From Octopus sinensis (Eukaryota): a stretch of DNA of 64,000 bases. The notes below the pieces were generated by a model. It saw only the letters and a program-made list of their open reading frames with translations. It was not told the DNA's origin and made no database searches. The position numbers were made by a program, and so were the translations under genes. The DNA lies in the NCBI RefSeq assembly GCF_006345805.1, contig NC_042997.1, forward strand, positions 40,734,001-40,798,000, in the 5' to 3' direction. Shown here in pieces: positions 23,926 to 36,358 of this stretch. How positions within the stretch are numbered: position 1 is the stretch's first letter; each line of letters starts with the position of its first letter.

Positions 23926-25350
23926 AAGTAACATAGCGAGGCTTTACTTACAGAGGAAGGAATGTGAAAGAGGATCGGTTAGAATAGAGGATAGTGTTCC
24001 GACGGAGATTTGAGATCCTTGCACGCCAATCTGAGACATAGCGATGAGGGAATACTGAGGTAACCAGTGACAATGGGGAAACCCTTCAAAATGAGTACAA
24101 AATAAGAAGAAAGAAAAGAAAGATCATCATCTGGAATGAGAAAGTCCTACACGGAGAGTTTTTCCAGAAAACATCGGATGGAGCTGATGAAGAACCCTGG
24201 AACTGGTTAAAACATGAATCTTTAAAGGAGACAGAAAGACTGATTCTTGCTGCTCAAGGTCAAGCTTTACGAACCAGCTCAGTCAAGTGTAGTAATTATA
24301 AGACAGTGGTATTACTTTTGTGTCTTGAGACAGACATACGAATTAGTGGCTGCTCCAACCTGGCCCGAAAGGAGTGCAACAAACACTGTGATAAAGTTGA
24401 AGTGCTACTACACTGGGAGTTGTGCAGGAAGTATGGGCTGGAATGTTCCAAGTGGTATGAGCACGAATCTTTGCCAGTAGCAGAGAATGATCTGATGTAA
24501 TTCACATGAGATATACCAATTTACACAGATAAGAAGCTGCAACATAACCGAGCAGATATCGCTCACCTACGAAAAGAATCCAAAGAATGAACCTTCATCG
24601 ATGTAACTATATCTACAGACCAGAGTATTGTGAAGACAGAGAACGAGAAAGCCGAAAATCAACAAGACATAACATTGGAAGAGGCGCAGGAGTGGCTGTG
24701 TGGTAAGTAGCTTGCCTACCAACCACATGGTTCTGGGTTCAGTCCCACTGCGTGGCATCTTGGGCAAGTGTCTTCTGCTATAGCCTCGGGCCGACCAAAG
24801 CCTTGTGAGTGGATTTGGTAGACGGAAACTGAAAGAAGCTTGTCGTATATATGTATATATATATGTGTGTGTGTGTATATATATATATATGTGTGTGTTT
24901 GTCCCCCTAGCATTGCCTGACAACCGATGCTGGTGTGTTTACGTCCCTGTCACTTAGCGGTTCGGCAAAAGAGACCGATAGAATAAGTACTGGGCTTACA
25001 AAGAATAAGTCCCGGGGTCGATTTGCTCGACTAAAGGCGGTGCTCCAGCATGGCCGCAGTCAAATGACTGAAACAAGTAAAAGAGTAAAAGAGTAAAGAG
25101 TATTCATAGAACCTCAAAAGTGAGTGTGTTAACTGCTGTGATCAGTGTGTACTTGGGACCATTTCAAAGAAAGCAATATTCTAGCATGAAAAACTGCAAA
25201 TATCAAACTCTGTAGGAAGTGTACAGTTGGCAGCATTACTTGGAACAGCATGTGTTGAGTAAAGAATTGCATCTCTAACCTGTGGGAAGGAGCTGAGATG
25301 TGACATAGATAACACAGGGAAAGAAAGGAAAAATAGAAAATGAATAAAAA
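23926..25350 (+). mobile_element. R4/Dong-type LINE 3' portion (post-RT, zinc-knuckle region, RLE), interrupted by SINE B
   Basis: RLYLQRKECERG, KETERLILAAQ, LHWELCRKYG..KWYEH, IPIYTDKKLQHNRADI, and QLAALLGTA after the SINE; ends at the (AAT)n tract. Confidence 0.8.
24683..25100 (+). mobile_element. SINE family B, young full-length copy
   Basis: Complete head, CORE-like block, internal TA/TG tract and (aaaagagt)n tail. Confidence 0.9.
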
Positions 25351-25351
25351 T

Positions 25352-25353
25352 TG

Positions 25354-25411
<58 letters not shown>

Positions 25412-25635
25412 TAGCAATAACAATAATAATAATGATGATGATGATGATGATGATGATAATAATAATAACAATAGCAATAACAATAATAATAATAATAATA
25501 ATAATGATAATAATAATATAATATAATAATAACAATAACAATAAAAATAATAATAATAATGATGATGATGATGATAATAATAATAACAATAGCAATAACC
25601 ATAATAATAATAATAATAATAACAATAACAATAAA

Positions 25636-25673
<38 letters not shown>

Positions 25674-25725
25674 TAATAATAATGATGATGATGATGATGA
25701 TAATAATAATAACAATAGCAATAAC

Positions 25726-25763
<38 letters not shown>

Positions 25764-25794
25764 TAACAATAAAAATAATAATAATAATAATAAT

Positions 25795-25827
<33 letters not shown>

Positions 25828-25840
25828 AATAATAATAATG

Positions 25841-25913
<73 letters not shown>

Positions 25914-25925
25914 TGATGATAATAA
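25352..25925. repeat. Long compound (AAT)n/(GAT)n/(AAC)n microsatellite with higher-order repeats
   Basis: Visible; source of the 299/288/217-aa poly-I/Y/L ORFs. Confidence 0.95.
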
Positions 25926-26493
25926 CACCGGGTACGTTTAACATGTGAGAGCGATAAAACACTGCTCTGAATTCTATCCCAGAACATCGGGAATAAAGAC
26001 AATAAATGGAGCTTGAAATAACTGACAAAGTGTTGGACTGTATCCAATACTCGTTAAAATTTATTTCTATTTTCCGAATGAAACTATGTATTTTAACTGT
26101 GTGTCACCTCCATCACTCGCACATCGTGTGTAAACACGCTTGCCACACTGGCAAAGCGCTGGACTACACCCAAGTAAGTAATAGTGTTGGACTATTAAAA
26201 GTGTTCGACTATATCCGAGTAAATACATATTGGACTATATCCGATTAAGTACACATCACAAACACGTAATTACGTAAACTAATTAATTACGTATAAACCC
26301 CAGTTTTACACGAACACATTTTAAAATTTCAAAACAACATTAAGCAGTGTATAAACAAGAGCATGCGCACACATAAGCGAATCGGATAAAAGCAAACGAC
26401 AAAGACAAGTCATTATTGATCACAAAAGCATTAAACAGATTATATATATATATATATATATAACCAAAAATAAGCAACAAGAATGGATCCGGT

Positions 26494-26584
26494 AATTTAG
26501 TACAATTGTTTCATACTATAACAATTTATTAAAGCTGTAAATATTACAGCAAATATAACATGTCAAGTAATCTTCAGCTAATTT
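26494..26584 (-). ncRNA. Candidate minimal type I hammerhead ribozyme (left arm)
   Basis: Minus strand: aaattag CTGAAGA [58-nt helix II containing gctgtaa-tat-ttacagc] GAAA caattg TA| ctaaatt; predicted cut between 26501 and 26500. Confidence 0.6.
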
Positions 26585-27057
26585 CATATAGGTTTTCCAA
26601 TAATGTAAAGTTCTCAAATCAATTAATAACATCCTAGAGAGTGTAAATATACCGATAAAGTTGTAGATATGAGTTTCAGGAACTTGAAGTAGGATGCCAG
26701 GCAATCCAAGATTAAATTCATACATGTTTTCCGACAATGTAAAGTTCTCAAATCAATTAGTAACATCCCAGATTTCACATCTGATGTGAACTTAATCTTG
26801 GTCTGACTGGCATCCTTCTTCATGTTTCCTGAAATTCATATCCACAACTTTGTCGGTAAATTTACCGTCTCTGGGATGTTACTAATTGATTTGAGAACTT
26901 TACATTGTTGGAAAACATGTATGAACTTAATCTTGGATTGCCTGGCATCCTACTTCAAGTTCCTGAAACTCATATCTACAACTTTATCGGTATATTTACA
27001 CTCTCTAGGATGTTATTAATTGATTTGAGAACTTTACATTATTGGAAAACCTATATG

Positions 27058-27148
27058 AAATTAGCTGAAGATTACTTGACATGTTATATTTGCTGTAATA
27101 TTTGCAGCTTTAATAAATTGTTATAGTATGAAACAATTGTACTAAATT
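27058..27148 (+). ncRNA. Candidate minimal type I hammerhead ribozyme (right arm)
   Basis: ttag 27061-64; CTGAAGA 27065-71; helix II 27072-129 (tact/agta base); GAAA 27130-33; palindromic CAATTG 27134-39; GUA cut after 27141; ctaa 27142-45. Confidence 0.6.
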
Positions 27149-27275
27149 ACCGGATCCATTCTTGTTGCTATTTTTGGTTATAATCACCCCACATAATTTT
27201 ATGGGTAATACCATAAAATATTCTGGTGCATCTAAATTAAGTACCATATTCATTTGAATCTAAATTGTTTTGCTG

Positions 27276-27325
<50 letters not shown>

Positions 27326-27625
27326 ATATATACCACCACTCGACGGCAGTAAACAAATATATACCCCCACGGAAAAACTAGGAATGGATATTAGTTTTTT
27401 GTTTGTTTCTTTGTCTCATTTGACTATATTTATTTGTTATGATAATAGAAGCGGTGTTCTATCAAATTGTCTACGCTAGCAGATAAGACCCGGAGCCTAG
27501 CACTAAAACGAAAGTGTTAATGACACTTAGCCAAAACTCATGTCGGATCAGAGGGAATATTAACAATGACAAATAGTAAAAAAATGAAAATAACATTATC
27601 AGTGATGATGATGATGATGATGATG

Positions 27626-27693
<68 letters not shown>

Positions 27694-27695
<2 letters not shown>

Positions 27696-30480
27696 AAGGA
27701 AGCAGTTGGAATCTCCCCATGTCCTGATCAATGATACATCTGGTAATTGCGTAACCTGATAAGCGCTACCTCATATCAAGGACAATGAAAAACAAGACAT
27801 TGTGAATAACGGTGGTAATAAAACTGAAGCCCTTGATGGTGATAGTGTTGCACCCGGCGGGCTCAGTGATTCTTGTCCGGCTCTAGCCTGTCGTTATCCA
27901 GCAATGGACCAGCACACACGGCGTAGATGAAATAAATAAGTCAACGCTGTGGTCGTGGAGTGTTACTACCTGAGCAACCCAGTAGACGAAAATGCTGTTC
28001 ATATTAGGAGATATCAACAACGTATCAATGGGGAGAAAGAGGACTGTTTCAACTCACGGAACAGAGATTATATGATCACGCTAGAACAATAAGAAAAATC
28101 GTTGGTTCACGGAAGTAGAGCTCGAAATTATCAAAAGGCGAGTATTGGAAAACAGCAGCAGAGGAAAAGATGAAAATTCAGTTCGCACTGATAAAAGTAA
28201 TCTCATAGCAGAAAACAGAGGTGAGATCTCTAATAAAGCACAAGAAAAGAACAGTGTTAGCTTGCTCGATGAGAGACATATAGATGGTCTGGAAGAAGAC
28301 AATAAAACTAATGGTGAAATGACAGATGGGCAAAAGGCAATCTACGACAGAATAAAACAAGGCTACAAGAGAACGATAGCGACATTATTTGCAACTTTAA
28401 AATGGTTGATCGGTGAAAATTTAACCAAGAAACGAAAAATGTGAATGAAATTCTGAAATACATCAGAACAAAAACAGCACGGAAACAAGTAATTTGATCA
28501 AGGCAGCAAGTATTGTTGTAGCAGAAAATATGGGTGTTGATGTCAAGAAAAAGAAATATAATGGGAGTGAAAAAAGAAAAGATCCATGGTGGAAGAGAAG
28601 AATATTGGCGAGGTTAGATATGCTCTCGAAGGACATTTCTGTGTTAGACCGAAAAGAAAAGGGGCAGCTTAAAAGCGAACAAAAATACAGGGCACTGAAA
28701 AGGAAGTATAATATTGAAAAAAAGAGCCTGAAATGGTAATGGAGGAACTGAGACAGTACCTCGTTGCAAAGAAAGTAAAGATGGTAAGATACGACGAAAC
28801 AATGAAGGATTACCAGCAGAATAGGTTATTCAAAGCAGATCAGAAGAGAGTCTACAGAGAAATAAAAGGAGAGCGTACAGATGAAAAGTTGATACCAGAT
28901 AACAATGAAAGTCAAAGGTTTTGGGGCGCTATCTGGAGCAAAGACAAGGAGCACAAGAAGGATGCCGAATGGTTGCAAGAACTGAAACAAACAGTAGTCT
29001 GTCCACAACAGGAAGAACAAGTCATTTCGGTTAGGAAATTGAAGGAAATCTCAAAACAGTGTGCAACTGGAAAGCCCTGAGATCAGATGGAGTTCGAGGC
29101 TACTTGATCAAAAGATTTGGTGGATGTCATTCACGAATAACTGCACAACTCAACAACTTGTTAAATGCGAACCAAGTAACACCAGAGTGGTTGACAATGG
29201 GTAGGACAGGGTTGTGCTTAAAAAACATCGAAAAAGGCCATACGGTAGAAAATTACAGGCCGATATTCTGCTTGCTACTTATGCGGAAATTATCGACTGG
29301 AATACTCGCAGAGTCAATGTACGAACATCTGGAAAAAATGGAGTCCTGCCACATGAGCAGAATGGGTGTAATCGTAAGTGGAGAGGTACAAGGATCAACT
29401 CCTGGTAGACAAAACTGTACTTAGAGACTACAACAGGAGGAAAAGTAACTCAGCCATGTCATGGATCGATTATCGTGAGGCATACGATTTGATCCTACAT
29501 TCTTGGATAACGGAATGTATGAACCTATTTGGTAGTGCATCGAATACTGAAACAATACCTGTTGTCATAGGTGTCCTAGGAATGATAACAAAAGGAGCTG
29601 ATACCTACCTAGCTCAGATACCAGGAAATCCAAAAATGAGAGAAATTCAAAAAATAGTGCTCATAGGAACTGCCCATATCCTACGTAAAATACTATCTAT
29701 GTAATCTCAAATTTTAAAACAAATAATTTTTTATGTTTTCTTAAACGTTCTCTAGAACAACACTTTCTGCAAAGTAGAAATCAGGAGGGGCATCTTCCAA
29801 GGGGACTGCCTATCCCCACTGATGTTTGTACTGTGCTTAATACCATTAGCACTGATTCTGAGGAAAGCAAAAGCTGGGTATGTATTAAAAAGCCGCCAAC
29901 AAAAAGGCGACCATTTGTTATTCATAGATGACTTCCCTGTATGTGCAGACCGGACCATCAAAGCAAATAAACCGGATATTGTCGTGAAAGACCACAACAA
30001 TAAAGTCTATTTATTGATTGATATAACCTGTGACCATAATATCGTGGCAAAAGAATCTGATAAGCTTAGAAAATATAAAGATTTGCTAATCGAAATCGAA
30101 ATCGAAAAGGTGTGGCCTCTTAAGACGGTTACAATACCAGTGATTCTAGGATCACTTGGAATGATCAAAAAAGGAATTGAAAATCATTTAAGAATGATCC
30201 CTGGCTTACCATCCTTGCAGGAAGTGCAAAAGATTGTCTTAACTGGTGTCACAAGTAGTGAGAAGAGCATTGTCGCTGTAAATTTTCTTTCCTTTTCCCC
30301 TTTATTTTTTGTTTGCTTTTTTTCCTTTTTCTCTTTGTCCTTTTTCCCCTTTTTCTCTATCACATGTCTTTGTAAATGAACAATCTGGTGTGTTTATTTT
30401 AATAGCCTACCAATGTATACAGCGCGTTTCTCTGCCCTATGTGTCAGGAAGACACTCGGCAAGTAAAGGAAGCAGAATTG
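27694..30480 (+). mobile_element. Near-full-span R4/Dong-type RLE LINE, dead and internally deleted
   Basis: Starts right after (AAT)n. VVECYYLSNP...LTEQRL (N-terminus), DPWWKRRI, NRLFKADQKRVYREI, WIDYREAYD, RRGIFQGDCLSPLMF, LFIDD, ANKPDIVVKD...KYKDL; 3' UTR runs into (GAA)n. Confidence 0.9.
29545..29760 (+). mobile_element. RLE C-terminus of a second Dong subfamily embedded in the RT region
   Basis: TETIPVVIGVLGMITKGADTYLAQIPGNPKMREIQKIVLIGTAHILRKILSM*; same subfamily as 60680-61035. Confidence 0.8.
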
Positions 30481-30581
30481 AAAGATGCTACTGAAAAGAA
30501 GAAGAAGAAGAAGAAGAAGAAGAAGAAGAAGAAAAAGAAGAAGAAGAAGAAGAAGAAGAGAAGAAGAAGAAGAAGAAGAAG

Positions 30582-30613
<32 letters not shown>

Positions 30614-30639
30614 AAACTACTACTACAACAACAACATTT

Positions 30640-30830
30640 AAAAATAGGCACCAGGCCAGAAATTTTGAGGGAATGGGCTAGACGATTGCATCGACCCAAG
30701 TGTTTCCCTGATGCTTAATTTATCGACTTTGAAAGAATGAAAGGCAAAGTTGACCTCGGCGGAAATTGAACTCGGAACGTAACGGTGGACGAAACACCGC
30801 TAAACATTTTGTTCGGCGTGCACTAATGAT
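30640..30830 (-). mobile_element. SINE family A
   Basis: gaaagaatgaaaggcaaagttgacctcggcggaaattgaactc...ccgctaaacattt. Confidence 0.75.
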
Positions 30831-30849
30831 GTGCGTGTGCGTGCGTTCG

Positions 30850-30995
30850 TATGTGTAGCTGTTCGGCAAAATAACTGATCGAATAAGTACCAGGCTTAAA
30901 AAATAAGTACTGGGGTCTATTTGTTCGACTAAGTGTTTAAAGGCGGTGCTCCAGCAAGGCCACAGTTCAATGACTGAAACAAATAAAAGGCAAAA
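30850..30995 (+). mobile_element. SINE family B 3' half
   Basis: gttcggcaaaa...gaataagtacc...ggcggtgctccagcaaggccacag. Confidence 0.7.
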
Positions 30996-31099
30996 GATAT
31001 TTGCTAATGCATTATGCTTGTAATGATGGACGGTAAAACAGAAAAATGGAGCCGAGAACAAAAGCAAAATTTTGTTGTCAAATTTATAAAATTTTTGAA

Positions 31100-31310
31100 A
31101 TAGAATTGGGCTCCATACATCTACAGAATAAATGACAGGAGGTAAACAAAAAGCTGACAGATTGCATTCCGAGGACCTCCTACAGAAAAAGAGGACAATA
31201 TTGAACTAGATAGGGGAATAAGTTGGATAGATGTGATAAAACCTCAAAACTGAAAGTCATGTACGAATAAAAGGAAGGCCTTTATTCAGCGTCGGGAATG
31301 CACCATCTGC
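31100..31310 (+). mobile_element. Possible RTE LINE C-terminal relic
   Basis: LGSIH...LTDCIPRTSYRKRGQ resembles WAGH...TxWxPRxxKRxRGR. Confidence 0.3.
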
Positions 31311-31404
31311 TTTTGTTGATTGTATCGAAGTAACTACAATGGGTAACAATGTATTTTTTTTTACTATATTTCTCTCAAATTTAGTAAATTTATATATATA
31401 TATA

Positions 31405-31790
31405 TCTTTATATATAAAAGAGAGGTTGCGTGCTGTCTGTCTCCTACGATTTAGATTCCTAACTACTCCCACATTTTGCGGTGCAGTTTAACCAAAACTG
31501 GGTATCTTATAGTCGTGATTCATATCGAGCCCTTCTGGATATTAGCCCGCGTCTACGATTAAAAAAAAAATTACCATTAATTTTTCTCATTTTTAATGCA
31601 TTTTTGGCATATATAAGGGAAGTAACTCTCTAAAAATTTATTATTAAATCTCAGAACGTAAACAGCTACAGTAACACCCCCGCCCTTTGTGGTTAGCCAT
31701 ATTGAGATGGCTATTATACTTTACATCTCTAAAAATGTTTATATAGTTATTTCCCTTACAAACCCGAGCAACGCCGGGCGATACTGCTAG
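31405..31790 (+). mobile_element. Non-autonomous Helitron, copy 1
   Basis: A|TC start, subterminal cccgagcaacgccggg hairpin, CTAG|T end. Confidence 0.85.
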
Positions 31791-32864
31791 TATATATATA
31801 ATACAATCTTACAACAATGATGTATTACGAAATACAAAGTGAAAAAAAAAACCATCAGAAAAAAAGAATATTCCAGCTGACAAGTAATGAGAAACTCCCA
31901 AATCAGATTCGTTGAATTTTAAGACTGATGTTATGAAGATTGAGTAGCTACAACTTGTCTGCAAACAACAGATCCAATCTATCTTTTGGATTGTCATTTA
32001 AGCAAAATACTACAAATATCTATTTTTTTGTATCTTTTATGACTTATTCAATCAGATAAGAAATTTATGTTACTTAGTATGTTATAGATTTTAATGAAAG
32101 AAATGGAAATTGACGTTGAAGAAATACTTTAAATCACACGCGCATACTGAGACGTGCGCACGCACACACACACGCATACACACACACATACACAAACACA
32201 CACACATACGTGTGTATGAGTCAGTATATATTTGTGTATTTTCTTGTGCAAGTCTGTTTTCCTGTGTACATAAATGTATGTATATAGAAACGTATGAATT
32301 TTTGCTTTTCTTTTTTTTTGGGGGGGGGGACTTTTTCTATCCTTCCCAGAATTCCATCCGGTCACTCACAAAGAAGCAAGGCTGCTTTGTTTCAGTCAAG
32401 AAAGCTCTTGAGGTTTCTTGAATAAATGAATTGGATGTTGTGTATATATGTGTGTGATGGTATGTGCGTGTTCACATGTGTGTGTGTGCGTTGGGTGTGT
32501 GTGAGTAAACTTGCTTTGATATAGAGTTTGTGCAACAACAAACTGAAAACATGTAAAAATAATGTTAATCTCAGGAATATAAAACTTTAAAATATTTCCT
32601 CATAAGAAGCCATTTATCTAACCCGCAAGTGTGTGTCTGCTTTATTGCCGTTTATATATGTGTGAATGTTTCCGTGTGTGTTCCATATGAACGCGTGAAT
32701 ATGTGTTCAACCCAGGAAGTTCAAATCTGGGGTCCCTGGAATAATTTACAAATTTTCATTGTTCCTCAAATCGATAGTATTTGGAGAATGTGAGTCAATT
32801 TTTGACAACCCAAGCATTTTTAAGCTTTGATACAAATCGTAGCTCAGTGCACCTATGATGATAA

Positions 32865-33258
32865 TCTTTATATATAAAAGAGAAGTTGTGTGTCTGTCTC
32901 CTACGATTTAGATTCCTAACTACTCCCACATTTTGCGGTGCAGTTTAACCAAAACCGGGTATCTTATAGTCGTGATTCATATCGAGCCCTTCTGGGTATT
33001 AGCGCGCGTCTACGATGAGTCTACGATTAAAAAAAAATTACCATCATTTTTTTCATTTTAAAGCATTTTTTCGCTATTATATAAGGGAAGTAACTCTCTA
33101 AAAATGTCTACGATGAGTCAACGATTTTTAAAAAATTTACCATCATTTGTTTTCCATTTTTAATGCATTTTTTTGCTATTTTTTGGCTATAACTCTCTAA
33201 AAATGCTTATATAGTTATTTCCCTTGCAAACCCGAGCAACGCCGGGCGATACTGCTAG
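32865..33258 (+). mobile_element. Non-autonomous Helitron, copy 2
   Basis: Same termini (A|TC, CTAG|T) and shared 5' body; internal rearrangement relative to copy 1. Confidence 0.85.
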
Positions 33259-33344
33259 TTAGAAATAAAAATCTACAGCCTTGGTTTAAGAGCTGCACGT
33301 TTCCCATTAGTTCATCATAGACGCTTTTCTTTTTCCCAATTTCT

Positions 33345-33760
33345 TATTTCTTTACTGCCCACAAGGGGATATACACAGAGGGGACAAACAAGGACAGACA
33401 AACGGATTTAGTGGATTATATCGACCCCAGTGCGTAACTAGTACTTATTTAATCGACCCCGAAAGAATGAAAAGCAAAGTTGACCTCGGCGGAATTTGAA
33501 CTCAGAATGTAGCGGCAGACGAAATACCTATTTCTTTATTACCCACAAGACGCTAAACATAGAGGGGACAAACATGGACAGACATAGGTATTAAGTCGAT
33601 TATATCGACCCCAGTGCTTAACTGGTACTTAATTTATCGACCCCGAAAGGATGAAAGGCAAAGTCGACCTCGGCGGAATTTGAACTCACAACGTAACGGC
33701 AGACGAAATACCGCAAACCATTTCGCCAGGCGTGCTAACGTTTCTACCAGCTCACCGCCT
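33345..33760 (-). mobile_element. SINE family A dimer
   Basis: Two body units joined at gaaatacc|tatttc, one head; imperfect flanking repeat tttctttttcc(c/t)aat. Confidence 0.85.
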
Positions 33761-33779
33761 TTCTTTTTCCTAATCTGTG

Positions 33780-35100
33780 GTGAGACATTCACGTTTGCTG
33801 AACAGCCAGTCTCTGTAACAGTGCATGACTTTCGCTTCCTATCCCATAGAACAATATCTTGCTTGTGTTTACACCGGTTTGCTGTTTTCATTGGAATGTT
33901 CCACCAGTATTCTTTAGTCTTAAAGGTGTGAGTACATTCTGGTTTTATAGTGTGTTTGGGATTACCACCAGAACAATATTTTCTGTGTATAGCATTGTAA
34001 ATTATTTCAGAGGGAATATCATGTCCCATGTAAAGATATCATCTTGCGAATATTTTAGAGGGTTAAAGCGGCAAGCTGACAAGATCGTTAGTACGCCGGG
34101 CAAACTGCTTAGCAGCATTTCGTCCTTTACGTTCTGAGTTTAAATTTCGCTGAGGTCGACCTTACCTTCCATCCTCTCGGGGTTGATAAAATAAGTGCCA
34201 GTCGAGCAATGGGGGTCGATGTAATCGAATTGTCCCCTCTCCTGAGATTGCTGGACTTGTGCCAAACTTTGAAACCAATATTTTGGACAGTTGCTAATAA
34301 TATGGCTGTTACATTCAACATAGGTATGGCACAGTTGATATTTTCTATCGAAACGAAGATTTCTAGAGGTATCCTTATCTTTCTCATCAAGTAATTAGTA
34401 GCCATCTCCAGTTCCTGGATGGCAAAGGAGTAACCTTCTACGCGAGATATGAGATCTGCCGTACTTCGAGGAGAGTCTGCTATGCTAGTCAATGTCGCTG
34501 GTATTCTCTTGTTTGAGAGACCTGTGACATGTATAACTTTCTGCTGGTGTATTCTAAGTCTCTGTTTCAATAAATCAGATCAGTTGTCTTTGGTTTACGT
34601 CGAACAGCTGTACACTCAGAGCGTCTATTCTTCGCCTATTCTTATGATGTTATTACCTTCACTATTGAGAATATATGTGATGTACTCATTATTCTCTTTA
34701 CTATGCAGTAGATGTGTAAGTAATAAGATGCGGCACTCACTGTCCGATTGGACAAATCTTATGTCCCTACCTTCACCCCTCTGTTTAATATAGATCTTGC
34801 CGTATCCCTATTGACATTACCAGTAATTGTCAATATCATTCTTGTCCTGATGTTTATGCTGCAGATTCCTTCAAAAGTCCGCTTTGGTATTCTAAACATG
34901 GATGCCAACACAGACACTGCGAAAGCTTTGTAGAAAAGTCTTTTATAAAATGCAGACACTTTTGGTAGAGCACTAACACAGCTGGCGACCATAGATTGTC
35001 ATCTTTTCGCTTGTTTATTATACCTGCAAGTATTGCAATTTTGAGTTGTATTCGATAGTATTAAAGAGCTCCTTAACATAATCAATAATAAACAAGCATT
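33780..35100 (-). mobile_element. Old RLE LINE (post-RT to endonuclease), interrupted by SINE A
   Basis: AFAVSVL...IRTRMILTITGN, EGYSFAIQELEMATNYL, then EYWWNIPMKT..KHKQDIVLWDRKRKSC. Confidence 0.7.
34055..34290 (+). mobile_element. SINE family A
   Basis: gcggcaagctgacaagatcgttagtacgcc...gagtttaaatttcgc...ttgtgccaaactttgaaacc. Confidence 0.75.
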
Positions 35101-35684
35101 ATAAAAGCATAGACATGGTGTCTCAATAGACAAGTATCACTGTTTGGTTTCCAAGTATGAAGTGTATTGACGTGACTTGCAAAAGTGATGTAGTGTTTTA
35201 TGACGTTGATTCCTGAGAGGAAGAACGTATTTCCTACATTATTTTTCAGAACTTCGTGGGTGAATAAGATCTAAACTTTTACCCTACTCGGTCAAACTAG
35301 ACAGTCCACCTTCCATTATCTTATCCAGTAAGAAACTCAGACAAATATTGATTACAATGGATGAACCAGTTCAGATTCCATTTGTAACAATCATACTGGA
35401 TTGCAAATACTATTAATACCAGTATAGTAAACAAAACAAAACTGGAAACACACAGTAAGTAGACTCACTAAAATATTTAGTTTCGTAAATCTATGGAGAT
35501 CACTACAATGGACCAACACTTTTTCAATATTTTTATTAAATATTCAATATATATATAATATAATCTTATAACAAAATTATAAACAAAGCAAAACCTAATA
35601 TCGATGGAGTTTTCCATATATTGGTCACGTAATGTGTCAATGGTTCATTCCATTTGTTCCATTAATATTATTTATAACATTCAC

Positions 35685-35716
<32 letters not shown>

Positions 35717-35958
35717 ACGTTGATGTATATATATGCAAATATGCATGCGTATATATATATATATATGAGGGAAGGCGAAGGTAGAGATGAATATGGTGAG
35801 TACTGAAAGACATTGATATATAAATATATAAATATCTTTCAGTACTCACCACATTCTTCTCTTCCATCTCCTTCCATCTCACCATCCCATTTTCTCTTTC
35901 TCTCTCTCTCTCTCTCTCTTCTCTGTCTCTGTCTCTTCTCTCTCTTCTCTCCTTCTGG

Positions 35959-36014
<56 letters not shown>

Positions 36015-36047
36015 GTATTTATATATATATATTATATTATATATATG

Positions 36048-36080
<33 letters not shown>

Positions 36081-36139
36081 GTAAATATTTATATATATAT
36101 ATATATATTATACTATATATATATATATATGTGTGTATA

Positions 36140-36203
<64 letters not shown>

Positions 36204-36215
36204 CTATATACATAT

Positions 36216-36254
<39 letters not shown>

Positions 36255-36312
36255 TTTACATATATATATATATATATATATACATATAAATATATATATA
36301 TATATATATATA

Positions 36313-36358
<46 letters not shown>

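Larger units (their letters stand above)
26459..27182. mobile_element. Foldback (palindromic) element, about 313-bp arms and 97-bp spacer, TA-flanked, with one hammerhead motif per arm
   Basis: Arms 26459-26772 and 26870-27182 are near-perfect reverse complements (tataaccaaaaat...ggatccgg / ccggatcc...atttttggttata); internal modules of about 134 bp. Confidence 0.9.

Noticed and set aside
25129-26047. Longest ORFs in the window (299, 288 and 217 aa)
   Set aside because: Trinucleotide-repeat translations.
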